From Verrucomicrobiaceae bacterium (GTDB lineage Bacteria > Verrucomicrobiota > Verrucomicrobiia > Verrucomicrobiales > V1-33), in NCBI GenBank assembly GCA_027483175.1, contig JAIXVE010000214.1:23893-87892 (forward strand): DNA of 64,000 nt. Direction: 5' to 3'. Numbering within the stretch: position 1 is the first letter of the stretch; every line of letters begins with the position of its first letter. The position numbers and the translations under genes are program-made. Shown here in pieces: positions 25,001 through 36,287 of this stretch. The notes beneath the pieces are model-generated. The model was not told the origin of the DNA. It did no database searches and worked only from the letters and a program-made list of their open reading frames with translations.

Positions 25001-27398
25001 GTTCGCGGCTCAGCCGTTCCTTGATATGCGCCTGCCACCAACCCGGACCGATGAGATGCGGCGCATCCTCCCTCATACCGACACCGCTGCCATCCAACGG
25101 AATCGGTCCATGCGTCAGGATAAGTTCAGCGCCGTCCTTCCCAAGCACATTGGAACCAACACGTGGCCCCGCCCACGGTCCGCGCCCCGCATCTTTACCA
25201 AGTCCAACACCTGGCGCGTTGATCTCAACATACTCGCCAGGCGCAAGGCAAACCGGAACAAGCCTCGCAATGGTCGTCCAATCGATCCCGGAAACCTCGA
25301 TTTCCCCGCCAGCCGCATCGCGTGCAGAAACCCCTCCCTGATGCCATGTCGGCACTCGCGCCATCACGGGAATCGTCCCCGCATTCTGCACCAGCAATCG
25401 CGCCTTCAGCGCCGTTCCCATGCGATGCTCCGCAGCCCCCGGCTCCAGCACCCACGCCGCACGCAAACCGTTCGGCTGCGTTTCGCCCCAGGCCACGCCG
25501 GCGAAGCGCTCCGGCCGCACCTCACCCTGACGGATCGCCGCCGCAGTCATCTTCTCCGCCGCCGTCTGCAGCGGCGAATCCTGCACCGCCGCCAATTCAT
25601 CCAGCAGCGCGATGGCGTCAGCGGCTTTCCAGTCACGGGTCGCGTCCAGCCTCGGGAGGATCTCGTTGAGCTTCGGTACCGTCTCCCATGTCGGATTGTA
25701 GCCGATGAACACCTTCACCGCCGCCGCCAGTTCCCCAATCAGCGCTCCGGGAATGTCGCCGCTGAGACGGGCGTACGATTGCCAGAGTTTATAGAGGGCG
25801 CGTGCGTCCTTGTGCTTTGGCATGGCCATGTCCGTGTTTTCTAACGGAAGCTTGGCGGCGATGAGCTGCGCCAGCTTATCCGCGTTTTCCCGGCTCGTGA
25901 CCAGCGGAGTCGGCAGGTCGAGTTGACGGACGGTAGCGTCGTCGCTCAGCAGAAACACGCGTCCCTTCGCGAGGTCGTATTCCTTTTGCCCGAAGTTACC
26001 AACCGGTGGCGCGGCCTTATCGGATTCCCGTCCTTCGGAGGGACCAGTCGTGAGGCTCAGTTTGCCCGGAGCGGTGTGCACGCGGTGATAGCTGAGCACC
26101 ACGCCCGGCCGCTTCAACGTGATCGTGCCGGAATTCGTCCAAGTCCGCGCCTTCGCGTTAGAGCCCCCATTGCTCATTGAGTCGAAGTCGCCCCGATAAG
26201 CGATTACAAACGACGATTCCTTTCCGTCGTGAACGCAGACGGCGGAGAAATCATTGCCTCCGATGTGCGCCCCGTGCGGAGGATCCCATTTCTCATCCGC
26301 CGCACGGAGCATCGCGAGCGGAACGGCAATGATCGCACCCAGCATCAGCGCCGCCGCCGTGAGCGCGCGGGTCACACTGCGCCTGTTGAGCTTGTCGCTG
26401 AGGACGGCATGCAGGCGCCCTTCAATCGATGACTTGCGGGCCATCGCGAGTCCACAGGCCTGTGTCCATCGCGCCGGAGAAAGCTGCGTCGCGATCTGCA
26501 GCAGGTGCTCGGCATAGGCCGATGGCTTGACGCCCCGGGCCAGCACAAGGTCGTCGCAGGCACGCTCGCGCTCGACGTGCAGTCGCCACGCCGCCAGCCA
26601 GACAAGGGGATTGAACCAATGCAGCGCGCAGGCCAGCTGGGTGAGGAATTGCGTTAGCGGATCCCGTCGCCGCAGGTGCGCGAGTTCGTGCAGCAGCACC
26701 GAACGAAGCTGCGTCGCGTTCCATTGTTCCGCTTCCGCTGGCAGCAGGAGCTGCGGCCGGAAAATCCCCCACACCACCGGAATGGTCCGGCCCTTGTCCA
26801 TCAGCAGCCGCACCGGCTGACGAACGCCACACTCGACTCGCGCCGCCTCAAGCGCGGCCACGAGCGCACCATTAGCGGGTTCACAGCGCCGGGTGCTGCG
26901 GCGCAGCAGCACATGGGCCGCCGTAAGCCTCAGCACCAGCACCACACAACCGGCTGCCCAGATTGGCAGCAGCCAACCGTGGCGCGGGAACGGCTTCGGC
27001 GATTCGGACGCCACCAACACCGGGACACTCGGCCGCACCACGGCAGCCGCCTCGGGCACCGGCACCTGAACCGCAGCAGGAAACACCGTCGGTCGTTCCG
27101 TCGGCAATGGCGGCAGAGCAGGCTTCTCGGTCGCTCGGGGCATCGCAACATCAGCCACCACCGCCTCCCGCACCGTCCACCGCGGCAGCACCCGCCAGCC
27201 CGGCAGCACCACGCTCAGCACCGGAACAATCAGCAACGCCACCATCGCCGCCAGCCAGACCATGTGCCGCGCAGACGCTGACGCCCGTCGCATCACTAAC
27301 ACACACCCGCCAGCCAGCACCAGCAGCGCCGCACCCTTGAGCGACGCATCCGCCAGCAACGGAACCGCAGCCGCCGCAAACATCAGGATCCGGTTCAT
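16029..27398 (-). CDS. Giant BlaR1/MecR1-family M56 peptidase-type membrane sensor (3,789 aa from ATG 27398)
   Basis: One uninterrupted 11.4-kb ORF. The preferred start is MNRILMF at 27398, one nt after the blaI stop (TGAgATG). The N-terminal 4-TM M56 domain has HELAH (HExxH) and ERERACDD. The last TM is ALTAAALMLGAIIAVPLAML. Everything after it (about 3,400 aa) is predicted extracytoplasmic and built of internal repeats. I could not recognise a penicillin-binding or transpeptidase-like sensor domain. Confidence 0.85.
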   Translation of the reverse strand: MNRILMFAAAAVPLLADASLKGAALLVLAGGCVLVMRRASASARHMVWLAAMVALLIVPVLSVVLPGWRVLPRWTVREAVVADVAMPRATEKPALPPLPTERPTVFPAAVQVPVPEAAAVVRPSVPVLVASESPKPFPRHGWLLPIWAAGCVVLVLRLTAAHVLLRRSTRRCEPANGALVAALEAARVECGVRQPVRLLMDKGRTIPVVWGIFRPQLLLPAEAEQWNATQLRSVLLHELAHLRRRDPLTQFLTQLACALHWFNPLVWLAAWRLHVERERACDDLVLARGVKPSAYAEHLLQIATQLSPARWTQACGLAMARKSSIEGRLHAVLSDKLNRRSVTRALTAAALMLGAIIAVPLAMLRAADEKWDPPHGAHIGGNDFSAVCVHDGKESSFVIAYRGDFDSMSNGGSNAKARTWTNSGTITLKRPGVVLSYHRVHTAPGKLSLTTGPSEGRESDKAAPPVGNFGQKEYDLAKGRVFLLSDDATVRQLDLPTPLVTSRENADKLAQLIAAKLPLENTDMAMPKHKDARALYKLWQSYARLSGDIPGALIGELAAAVKVFIGYNPTWETVPKLNEILPRLDATRDWKAADAIALLDELAAVQDSPLQTAAEKMTAAAIRQGEVRPERFAGVAWGETQPNGLRAAWVLEPGAAEHRMGTALKARLLVQNAGTIPVMARVPTWHQGGVSARDAAGGEIEVSGIDWTTIARLVPVCLAPGEYVEINAPGVGLGKDAGRGPWAGPRVGSNVLGKDGAELILTHGPIPLDGSGVGMREDAPHLIGPGWWQAHIKERLSRELPLPSSGAKRTHLLDRAVRDLFATTPTADEIAAFAADQSDGAFDALVQRLAARVDRVEFSGSLPTVPVKFRVLPADPGTADKTPRVVLGPGEYPLSGGTVARGAVTLKIVGRPVGDRRANDAQILFEAAVATGRFPPKPHKIEIPDGWGTWAIVCRPGEGFFYLLHKGGARKIDYNDPAKVTDLPATVVPVEFRDEVKRQLDIAGVAAESLAEILGRAAPPASETGEAGPPDRTHLWNDKYAAVAYQTEKDVRFVLVHEGFISTGIGESFSPMSGTWSIEGNIHLVDSKLTAAAGKNVDKRVIAVKHTSDEPGALYLDGKAYALSTGRVFVLGDAGEPFQTGRSMVMRTKEDLVKIGDMAMDEVKRARQGKAPEPKSAAAVQPVTDGKSAALVLREDGHEPIVILTGRALTVLPDSTSREGGLTMDVATSDKTITIRYTWPEDAPGFLDLKAGGYPVSRFDLSRGRVFFVHFEKLEFSADVFQVPAGIKVPAIDSPAALTEAAAAVTAWYASCDDRARWESSRVVVPDSEFKSGKPLDAAADKIVWGEANEAGLRLGIGGLEPGVAYPVGQTLPVKQYIRNDSGKTMAFSTTQVFNEGVGGELVRKADGKKFPHQRGYPWQGFFDRVRLAAGHYIELGSGPMRTTMAEKDGSSPGGMDMLAHGFTVLPGEYTLQLTHGIGQFLGRPMNFHFGDPRGAPGLGEWTGVLTSAAVPLRLADEQVKTANPGDSEAFGSQYMIAFDKGVIRLRHYKGYPNMSQTGGPWEDGSRDWKIPAADGEYVAAWAVGGKGLWVKDASGITHLIVKENLTENGKWTLEQAAGGRGDIPAGVRAVLQLPPATMEPFDFRRLPNEVGAAVIDGGFFEMALSQGAVLKVPHKGGGFFIESGGRAYGPADGNPVIELGLAELLRARLAEMPNTEGLEMLRHMIADGRGSIRDCAFRLLTDLKAPQSPFDYDAVFHAMIGASIEDENGPKELTPEARMGYAWMHGLFHSTRLEWERTRPLLVEKRYQPGETVSADVGVVWTAGPDGLSLGISGLSGGASLEIGKSVPVAVYLRNDSGAPVKLSAPDVHNPVVQISLSDAAGKVYRAIYPFSPGVTGYRHYELAVGTAVKVAAFDLEAHATPEEASRAAHKEGKEHNPRLAVPAGSYGIHLEYRNYQETPVAKDAGAEWTGKVTAKSLPLTVATAAVEPTPEAPAGAAPVKPQHESAKSLFRKWQAGARTDGKIPGGLIGGLARTTDEAVKQITDAEVSAKLAALRPRLDASRDWTQAEAVALLDEIAAIATAPVSWADDAMQSSLERVVRQGEPLPKELEGAAWGAPAANGLRAAWLLEPRAEQYPLGSVLKARVLFHNAGKVPMVFETATWHQDDGHTARDEKGAEITVKTTWFTGITPTSEFRLEPGEYCEVSGHGIAIGAGEYKDEHSTGAVGAIIEAKDGDAVILTHSVDTAEGGWTKPGDPKDPGQLIDQYVRGRILQFAPMPEGRVDRELIIRRTTPEILGVLPTAEEIAAFVADDASNALEKLAGRLVKQRAERDGSVKPWSGKLPTGETKFRVVAADPEAPKRPRVASAPGRYVLGDGVHLQVRQVTEGDRRVNSAEILFFGPDPKKESVHKPYVITLPEGARVYGMGWIPGVGELWVIENGLVRRYEFTDPGAVKEVRIESGSIGDIPEPLRGAMKQAFGELAATGQQQRASGAGARRVVDWGKFPAYDELDDPFVPEKALELAAKAKLESDEVRRLMFMILQASVEKTGELQSLLKDDQLKRKDDEYHSLALALAAYDYSLNGNREALQFLLDELANGPAGDVQAAVPFGFIDEWELTLAAHEKHFARGADGAAGESYGLFWEQRSVLYPEQFARYQEKATKASGLDPESRRGVWTGSKDGVSVALRFGDDVSWVIRNGEGFATATLKVSPGVMATHLDVMMLHGIEKWVPCGRVSRGAGGGLQVEIWPHTSAAPFLPRISGLELTKRPSEVPGVSREAVLLDSDVEGRLAWGEPVNGVRAALVRVSPGGDAKPGTVIDLNVVVQNVSEQPVTFRGESPVAGAAPKIVFADGTEKDVGQNIVDILSAVNDLVLPPRHAVVMTLMSVLIGELGPDSRSADPNRAVGYSSGKLADGAVVAGLTASLSFGHGPANAWKGTLSTAPLVMVAAAQPVGPAFDSRKVFAAEFGGTPDSYPQSLPFDRAELALLAGTRPEQRDRDEVLQRIAFLLKLAGAAKDTGFRHLLEDATLRTHAITEAALKAYDYGVNGNTMALDALLERLAATEKGDAAGMRIGDVLAYVDEWERSIPLMEKHVGGDGEGYEFWHEFWLTRACLFPEHYVQYYSAHPDCGGRDPAWLNRVSAEPMVWGETLDEATEAQLDWGEPVDGLRGAIMIRAPGAGKPEWITLVLQNVSDAPLRVADVRKGERLRTLFLSASGKLLSAVTDDEPTMTDVALKPRAVVYLPMLNRGGADAAADLIQGIRKDSLESWRAALELRDVPEGAWKGKLTTGETRGAVREGGPPLRNKTSRALFKMWNDSLRRNGDVPGGLMAMLSDKVQEFIQANGDDAAGKVVAEKLKVLVQRFGELRDWKAVDAMALMDDIAEVSEIPLKNAWRQLGARTPRSGAPLPASLEKVAWGAPLASGLRMAYVLEPGVAEYRPGTVVSARILIHNSGSEPVVFEGFSEDSYEQWPPAATLSDGSKVRVDHVGCSNLSRAQIWRLEPGEFIEHSTGGLGIVIGRQDKERDDWMGGRPLAWMHCSPGDEVTLHHSGLCLFSGTAPEPEWWLDCITERLNRELPLPSDVKEREVLLYRVVSDLYGTAPSAAEGEAFAADRSPEALQNLATLLSRRPHGKVEADFIYAGRTKFRVLPDVPEAALRQRVVSGPGTYQLSGAVRLSVSRRLEKGRVSNEASLIGFEEGKDNVVHKIALPDGEGTWAATMTKGARELWIGEYCTLRRYDFSDPRRPVETRYKGVELAGAPIGAALRAELEAVLAKIPDGVEGKRVGGD
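16032..17490 (-). repeat. Protein-level repeat module A, copy 3, forming the C-terminus (approximate start)
   Basis: Landmarks are SRALFKMWNDSLRRNGDVPGGLMA...RFGELRDWKAVDAMALMDDIAEV, then AWGAPLASGLRMAYVLEPG about 330 nt in, then AAEGEAFAADRS...KFRVLPDVPE...LRRYDFSDP. Confidence 0.7.
19900..21395 (-). repeat. Protein-level repeat module A, copy 2 (approximate borders)
   Basis: Landmarks are AKSLFRKWQAGARTDGKIPGGLIG...RLDASRDWTQAEAVALLDEIAAI, then AWGAPAANGLRAAWLLEPR about 330 nt in, then AEEIAAFVADDA...KFRVVAADPE...VRRYEFTDP. It is colinear with copies 1 and 3. Confidence 0.7.
24330..25830 (-). repeat. Protein-level repeat module A, copy 1 (about 500 aa) inside the giant BlaR1-like gene (approximate borders)
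   Basis: Begins ARALYKLWQSYARLSGDIPGALIG...RLDATRDWKAADAIALLDELAAV. Its AWGETQPNGLRAAWVLEPG block lies about 330 nt after the module start. Later landmarks are ADEIAAFAADQS...KFRVLPADPG... and the end ...RKIDYNDP.... Confidence 0.7.
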
Positions 27399-27399
27399 C

Positions 27400-27783
27400 T
27401 CAGCGGCCCTCCTTCTTCGCTTGTTCAATCAGCGCCACCAACCGGTCCCTTTCCTCCTCCGTCACTCCATCCTTCCGCGACAGCAGATGCGACGAAAGCG
27501 CCTCCTCCAGCGATCCGCCAAAAAACGTCTCCAGCACCTTTTCAAACGCCGTCCGCCCAGCCCGCGACCGCGACTCCTTCGGCGCATACACCACTTCCCT
27601 CCCCTGCTCCCGCCGCCGCAAATGCCCCTTCTCCTCCAGGATGTGCAGCATCCTCCGCACCGCCATCGGCGTCGGTGGATCCGGCAACGCCTCCACCACC
27701 TGATTCACCGTCGCCTCCCCCCGCGCATACAGCGCATCCATGATCTGTCGTTCGCGGCGCGTCAGTTGGGCACTGTCAGTCAT
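27400..27783 (-). CDS. blaI: BlaI/MecI/CopY-family winged-helix transcriptional repressor
   Basis: 127 aa. The sequence LTRRERQIMDALYARGEATVNQVVEAL...AVRRMLHILEEKGHLRR is typical of the Penicillinase_R fold. The stop is 1 nt before the M56 gene start. Confidence 0.9.
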   Translation of the reverse strand: MTDSAQLTRRERQIMDALYARGEATVNQVVEALPDPPTPMAVRRMLHILEEKGHLRRREQGREVVYAPKESRSRAGRTAFEKVLETFFGGSLEEALSSHLLSRKDGVTEEERDRLVALIEQAKKEGR

Positions 27784-27796
27784 GGTATTCGTGTCG

Positions 27797-27824
27797 GTTA
27801 AAGATTTAGCGTTGCTTCTTTAAC
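27797..27824. promoter_or_regulatory. Candidate BlaI operator: GTTAAAGA-N12-TCTTTAAC palindrome 14 nt upstream of the blaI start
   Basis: Read directly: arms at 27797-27804 and 27817-27824, in an AT-rich patch between the rpoC terminator and blaI. A second small palindrome, CGTTA-N6-TAACG, lies at 27853-27868. Confidence 0.35.
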
Positions 27825-27879
27825 GGACAAATCGCCATCCGCAAGTTCGATTCGTTACATTTTTAACGCCGCCCCCGCC

Positions 27880-27915
27880 AAGCAGAAGGCCGCGCCCCGT
27901 TTCCGGAGCGCGGCC
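27880..27915 (-). terminator. Stem-loop terminator after rpoC
   Basis: The arms GGCCGCGCCCC (27888-27898) and GGAGCGCGGCC (27905-27915) form an 11-bp stem with one G-U pair. On the minus strand it is followed by ttctgctt, and it lies 29 nt past the rpoC stop. Confidence 0.6.
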
Positions 27916-27943
27916 CATGCTGGAATCAATTCCTAACCTCCGC

Positions 27944-32083
<4,140 letters not shown>

Positions 32084-32166
32084 GAATGGGAAAAAGTAAA
32101 GTTAGTGAAGTGAAAAGGTGAGGAGTTGCGGGCCGGTGCAACGCACACCGGCCCGCGGAATAACCG

Positions 32167-35100
32167 TCAGGCGCTCAGCATGCCAAGCCCCTGCCCGTCC
32201 GGACCGGCCTTGGAATTCCCGACTTTGACGTCGAGGCCCAGCGACTGCATTTCCTTGATGAGGACGTTGAATGATTCCGGCGTGCCGGCCTCGAGCGTGT
32301 TGTCCCCCTTGACGATCGCTTCATAGATCCTCGTACGGCCCTGGACGTCGTCCGATTTGACCGTGAGAAGTTCCTGCAGCGTGTAGGCAGCACCGTAGGC
32401 CTCAAGGGCCCAGACTTCCATTTCACCGAAGCGCTGGCCACCATACTGCGCCTTACCACCCAGCGGCTGCTGCGTGACGAGACTGTACGGACCAACCGCC
32501 CGGGCGTGGATCTTGTCAGCAACAAGGTGACCGAGCTTCATCATGTAGATGACCCCTACAACGACTTCCTGGTGGAATGGATCACCGGTACGTCCGTCGA
32601 ACAGACGGGACTTGCCGTTGAGGCCGATCCAGGAGTGCTCCGTGGTGTCACGGGCTTCCTTGAGATACCCCATGATCTTTTCCTCGGGAATCCCGTCGAA
32701 CACCGGTGTCGCAATCGTCATCCCAAGCGCCCGAGCCGCCACCCCAAGGTGCGTCTCAAGAACCTGACCAACGTTCATCCGGGAAGGCACGCCGAGCGGA
32801 TTCAGAACGATGTCCACCGGACGTCCGTCTTCGAGGAACGGCATGTCCTCTTCCGGAACGATCTTGGCGACAACCCCCTTGTTCCCGTGGCGGCCAGCCA
32901 TCTTGTCACCCACGGAGAGTTTCCGCTTCGACGCAATGTAGACCTTCACCTGCTTCACGATGCCGCTGTCCGGCTCGTCACCGGTTTCGACCTTATCAAG
33001 GGCCGCTTCCCGCTCTTCTTCAAGTTCCGCGAACTTCTGTTCAAGCCCCGCAATGATGTCGAAGATCTTGTTACGGATCGGGCTCGCGTCCATGTCGATA
33101 TGGTCGTGAGCCTCTGCCACCTTGGCGAGAAGCGCCTTGGTGATCTTCTTGTTCGCCGGAATCAGGATCTCGCCGGTCTGAGCGTTGACGACGTCCAGCG
33201 GGCTCTTCTCGTTGAGGAGAATGTCCGCAAGGCGGTCCGTGAGTTGATTGACCAGCTCAAGGTGCTTGGCTTTGAACTCCTCTTCAATCTGCTTGAGCTG
33301 CTTCTTGCTGTCAGCAGCAGAGAGCTTCTCGCGAGCATTCTGATTCCGTGAGGAAACGCGGACATCCATGACGATCCCCGTGCAACCCGAAGGAACGCGC
33401 AGCGACGTATCCTTAACGTCAGCAGCCTTCTCACCGAAGATGGCGCGGAGCAGCCGTTCTTCAGGCGCCAGTTCGGTCTCCGACTTCGGCGTGATCTTGC
33501 CGACGAGAATGTCGCCAGGCTTCACTTCTGCACCGATGCGGACCACCCCGTCCTGACCAAGGTTCTTGAGCGCCTCTTCACCGACGTTCGGAATGTCACG
33601 GGTGATTTCCTCGGGGCCCAGCTTGGTGTCACGGGCACTGACTTCGAATTCCTCAATGTGGATCGACGTGTAGATGTCCTCCTTCACCACCCTCTGGGAA
33701 ATGGTGATGGCGTCCTCGAAGTTATAGCCGTTCCATGGCATGAACGCCACGAGCACGTTCCGGCCAAGGGCGAGTTCGCCGCCCTGCGTACAGGGACCGT
33801 CAGCGAGCACGTCTCCGGGCTTAACCTTCTCACCCTTGCGGATGATCGGCCGCTGATTGATGCAGGTCCCGGCGTTGGAACGCATGAACTTCCGCAGCGG
33901 CATCACCCAGATGCCTTTGTCAGGGTTGTGCTTCACGCAGAACGGATCCGCGAGGAATTCCGCCTCCGTGCAGGGCAGCTTACCATCCTTGGTCACAATG
34001 ATGACCTCAGCACTGGCTGCAGCGACGACTCCCTTACAATCCTTGTCGGCCACGAGGACCGCTTTGGAATCCCGCGCCGCCTTGCCTTCCATCCCGGTAC
34101 CCACAATCGGAGCCTCCGGAACCAGCAAAGGCACACCCTGGCGCTGCATGTTGGAACCCATCAGCGCCCGGTTGGCATCGTCATGCTCAAGGAACGGAAT
34201 CAGACCGGCCGCAATCGACACGAGCTGCTTCGGACTCACGTCCATGTACGTCGCCTCGGTCGGGTCAACTTCGAGGAAGTCGCCGCGGAAACGAACCGTG
34301 ATCCGCTTGTTCACAAAGTGGCCGTCATCCAGCGTCGGATTGTTGGCCTGCGCAATCATGTGGGCCTCTTCCTGGTCCGCCGTGAGATACTCGATCTTGT
34401 CGTGCACCACACCATTCACGATCTTGCGGTAAGGCGTTTCGATGAAGCCGAACTCGTTGATCCGGGCAAACGTCGACATCGAGTTGATCAGACCGATGTT
34501 CGGACCTTCCGGCGTCTCAATCGGACAGATCCGGCCGTAGTGGGACTGGTGAACGTCGCGGACTTCAAAGCCGGCGCGGTCGCGGTTCAGACCACCAGGC
34601 CCAAGCGCAGAAAGACGACGCTTGTGGGTCAGTTCCGCCAGCGGATTCGTCTGGTCCATGAACTGACTGAGCTGGCTGCGGCCGAAGAAGTCCCGCACCA
34701 CCGCCGAGAGCGCCTTCGGATTGATCAGCTTGGCCGGCGTCATGCCCTCCATGTTGACATCGAAGAGCGTCATGCGCTCCTTCACGAGACGTTCCGTCCG
34801 GGAAAGGCCCACCCGGCACTGGTTGGCGAGCAATTCGCCCACAGCCCGAACACGGCGGCTGCCCAAGTGGTCAATGTCATCCAGAATCCCCTCACCGCTG
34901 CGCAGCTTGAGCAGGTAGCGGATCGCGGCAATGAAGTCCTGCGCCACGAGAATCCGCGTGTCATCAGACTGCTTCAGACCGAGCTTCTGGTTGATCTTGT
35001 ATCGGCCGACGCGGGTGAGGTCATACTTCTTCGGGTCGAAGAAGAGACGCTTCAGCAGGGCGCGGGCGTTCGGCACCGTGGGTGGATCCCCAGGGCGGAG

Positions 35101-36003
35101 GCGACGGTAGATGTCCTTGAGGGCCTCATCTTCATCGCGCGCTGGGTCCTTCTTGAGGGACTTCAGGAGAAGGTCATCCGCGGAAACCGAGATAACCTTG
35201 ACCGTCTTGTGCCCGAGATCCAGCAACTGACGCACCATCCCAGGAGTCAGCGGCTCGAACGACTTCGCAATGATCGTCTCACCGTCAACGACGTCCGCGA
35301 TCAGCACGCGGTTGCTGAGTTCAGCCTCATCCAGAGACATCTTCAGCTTGAGATCCTCAATCTGATAGAACTCACGGATGATCTGCTCGTCCGTCCCGTA
35401 GCCGATCGCACGGAGGAATGTGGTCGCAAGGAACTTGCGGCGGCGGCGGCGGCGGTCAAGATACACGTACAGAAGGTCGTTCGTGTCGAACTGCACTTCC
35501 AGCCACGAACCACGGTCCGGAATGATCCGGAATCCAAACAATTCCTTCCCGTTCAGGTGAAGGTTCTTCTCAAAACAGACACCCGGCGAACGGTGCAACT
35601 GGGAAACCACCACCCGCTCAGCGCCGTTGATAACGAACGTACCACGCTCCGTCATCAGGGGCAATTCGCCCATGTAGACTCGTTCTTCCTTGGTCCCCGT
35701 CTCGTCCTTCAAAGTGAAGGTCACATAGAGCGGCGCCGAAAACGTCTCGCCGTCCCGCTGCGCCTGGTGGGCAGTGAGCTTCGGTTCGCCCACCTCATAG
35801 TGCGCAAAGTCCAGGACAGTCTTGTTGTCGTAACTCTCAATCGGGAAGACTTCCTTGAAGACACTCTGCAGACCAACGACGATGCGCCGAGACGCCGCCA
35901 GTTCCTTCTGCAGAAACTCTTTGTAGCTGTTGAGCTGAACCTCAATGAGGTTGGGAGGATCAATGACTTCCGTAAGCTTGCCGAAATGGAGGCGGTCTGA
36001 CAT
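32167..36003 (-). CDS. rpoB: DNA-directed RNA polymerase subunit beta
   Basis: 1,278 aa with conserved blocks such as [25 protein letters not shown] and [13 protein letters not shown]. Confidence 0.99.
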   Translation of the reverse strand: MSDRLHFGKLTEVIDPPNLIEVQLNSYKEFLQKELAASRRIVVGLQSVFKEVFPIESYDNKTVLDFAHYEVGEPKLTAHQAQRDGETFSAPLYVTFTLKDETGTKEERVYMGELPLMTERGTFVINGAERVVVSQLHRSPGVCFEKNLHLNGKELFGFRIIPDRGSWLEVQFDTNDLLYVYLDRRRRRRKFLATTFLRAIGYGTDEQIIREFYQIEDLKLKMSLDEAELSNRVLIADVVDGETIIAKSFEPLTPGMVRQLLDLGHKTVKVISVSADDLLLKSLKKDPARDEDEALKDIYRRLRPGDPPTVPNARALLKRLFFDPKKYDLTRVGRYKINQKLGLKQSDDTRILVAQDFIAAIRYLLKLRSGEGILDDIDHLGSRRVRAVGELLANQCRVGLSRTERLVKERMTLFDVNMEGMTPAKLINPKALSAVVRDFFGRSQLSQFMDQTNPLAELTHKRRLSALGPGGLNRDRAGFEVRDVHQSHYGRICPIETPEGPNIGLINSMSTFARINEFGFIETPYRKIVNGVVHDKIEYLTADQEEAHMIAQANNPTLDDGHFVNKRITVRFRGDFLEVDPTEATYMDVSPKQLVSIAAGLIPFLEHDDANRALMGSNMQRQGVPLLVPEAPIVGTGMEGKAARDSKAVLVADKDCKGVVAAASAEVIIVTKDGKLPCTEAEFLADPFCVKHNPDKGIWVMPLRKFMRSNAGTCINQRPIIRKGEKVKPGDVLADGPCTQGGELALGRNVLVAFMPWNGYNFEDAITISQRVVKEDIYTSIHIEEFEVSARDTKLGPEEITRDIPNVGEEALKNLGQDGVVRIGAEVKPGDILVGKITPKSETELAPEERLLRAIFGEKAADVKDTSLRVPSGCTGIVMDVRVSSRNQNAREKLSAADSKKQLKQIEEEFKAKHLELVNQLTDRLADILLNEKSPLDVVNAQTGEILIPANKKITKALLAKVAEAHDHIDMDASPIRNKIFDIIAGLEQKFAELEEEREAALDKVETGDEPDSGIVKQVKVYIASKRKLSVGDKMAGRHGNKGVVAKIVPEEDMPFLEDGRPVDIVLNPLGVPSRMNVGQVLETHLGVAARALGMTIATPVFDGIPEEKIMGYLKEARDTTEHSWIGLNGKSRLFDGRTGDPFHQEVVVGVIYMMKLGHLVADKIHARAVGPYSLVTQQPLGGKAQYGGQRFGEMEVWALEAYGAAYTLQELLTVKSDDVQGRTRIYEAIVKGDNTLEAGTPESFNVLIKEMQSLGLDVKVGNSKAGPDGQGLGMLSA

Positions 36004-36189
36004 GGGCGGGGTGCGGTGGAAAGTGTGGGATGGGATCGGAAAGGCTGGCCTGAATCAGGACAACTCACGGCGGGAACAGGGCCCCTTCTTCAATCACGAA
36101 GGGTATGGTCAATCGGGCGGCCGGAACTTCCGGACCTATGGAGGTGGCTGGCTCCCGTCTCTCGCTCCCCTACACCTCAAAAAGGCGTC

Positions 36190-36247
36190 AGGAAACAAAA
36201 AACGGAAAACGCCCGGCCCGCGCTTCCCGGAAACCCGGGAAGCGCGG
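36190..36247 (-). terminator. Strong stem-loop + T-tract between rplL and rpoB (attenuator-type terminator)
   Basis: A perfect 13-bp stem CCGCGCTTCCCGG-(4 nt)-CCGGGAAGCGCGG lies at 36218-36247. On the minus strand it is followed by gccgggcGTTTTccGTTTTTTg. It starts 41 nt past the rplL stop. Confidence 0.75.
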
Positions 36248-36287
36248 AAACGGGTTGAATAACTGGTGTGTGTTTCGGGTCAAATCA

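Noticed and set aside
33658-36000. 780-aa plus-strand ORF
   Set aside because: It is antisense to rpoB, for the same reasons as above. The shorter ORFs 32506..33351 and 33857..34432 are rejected on the same grounds.
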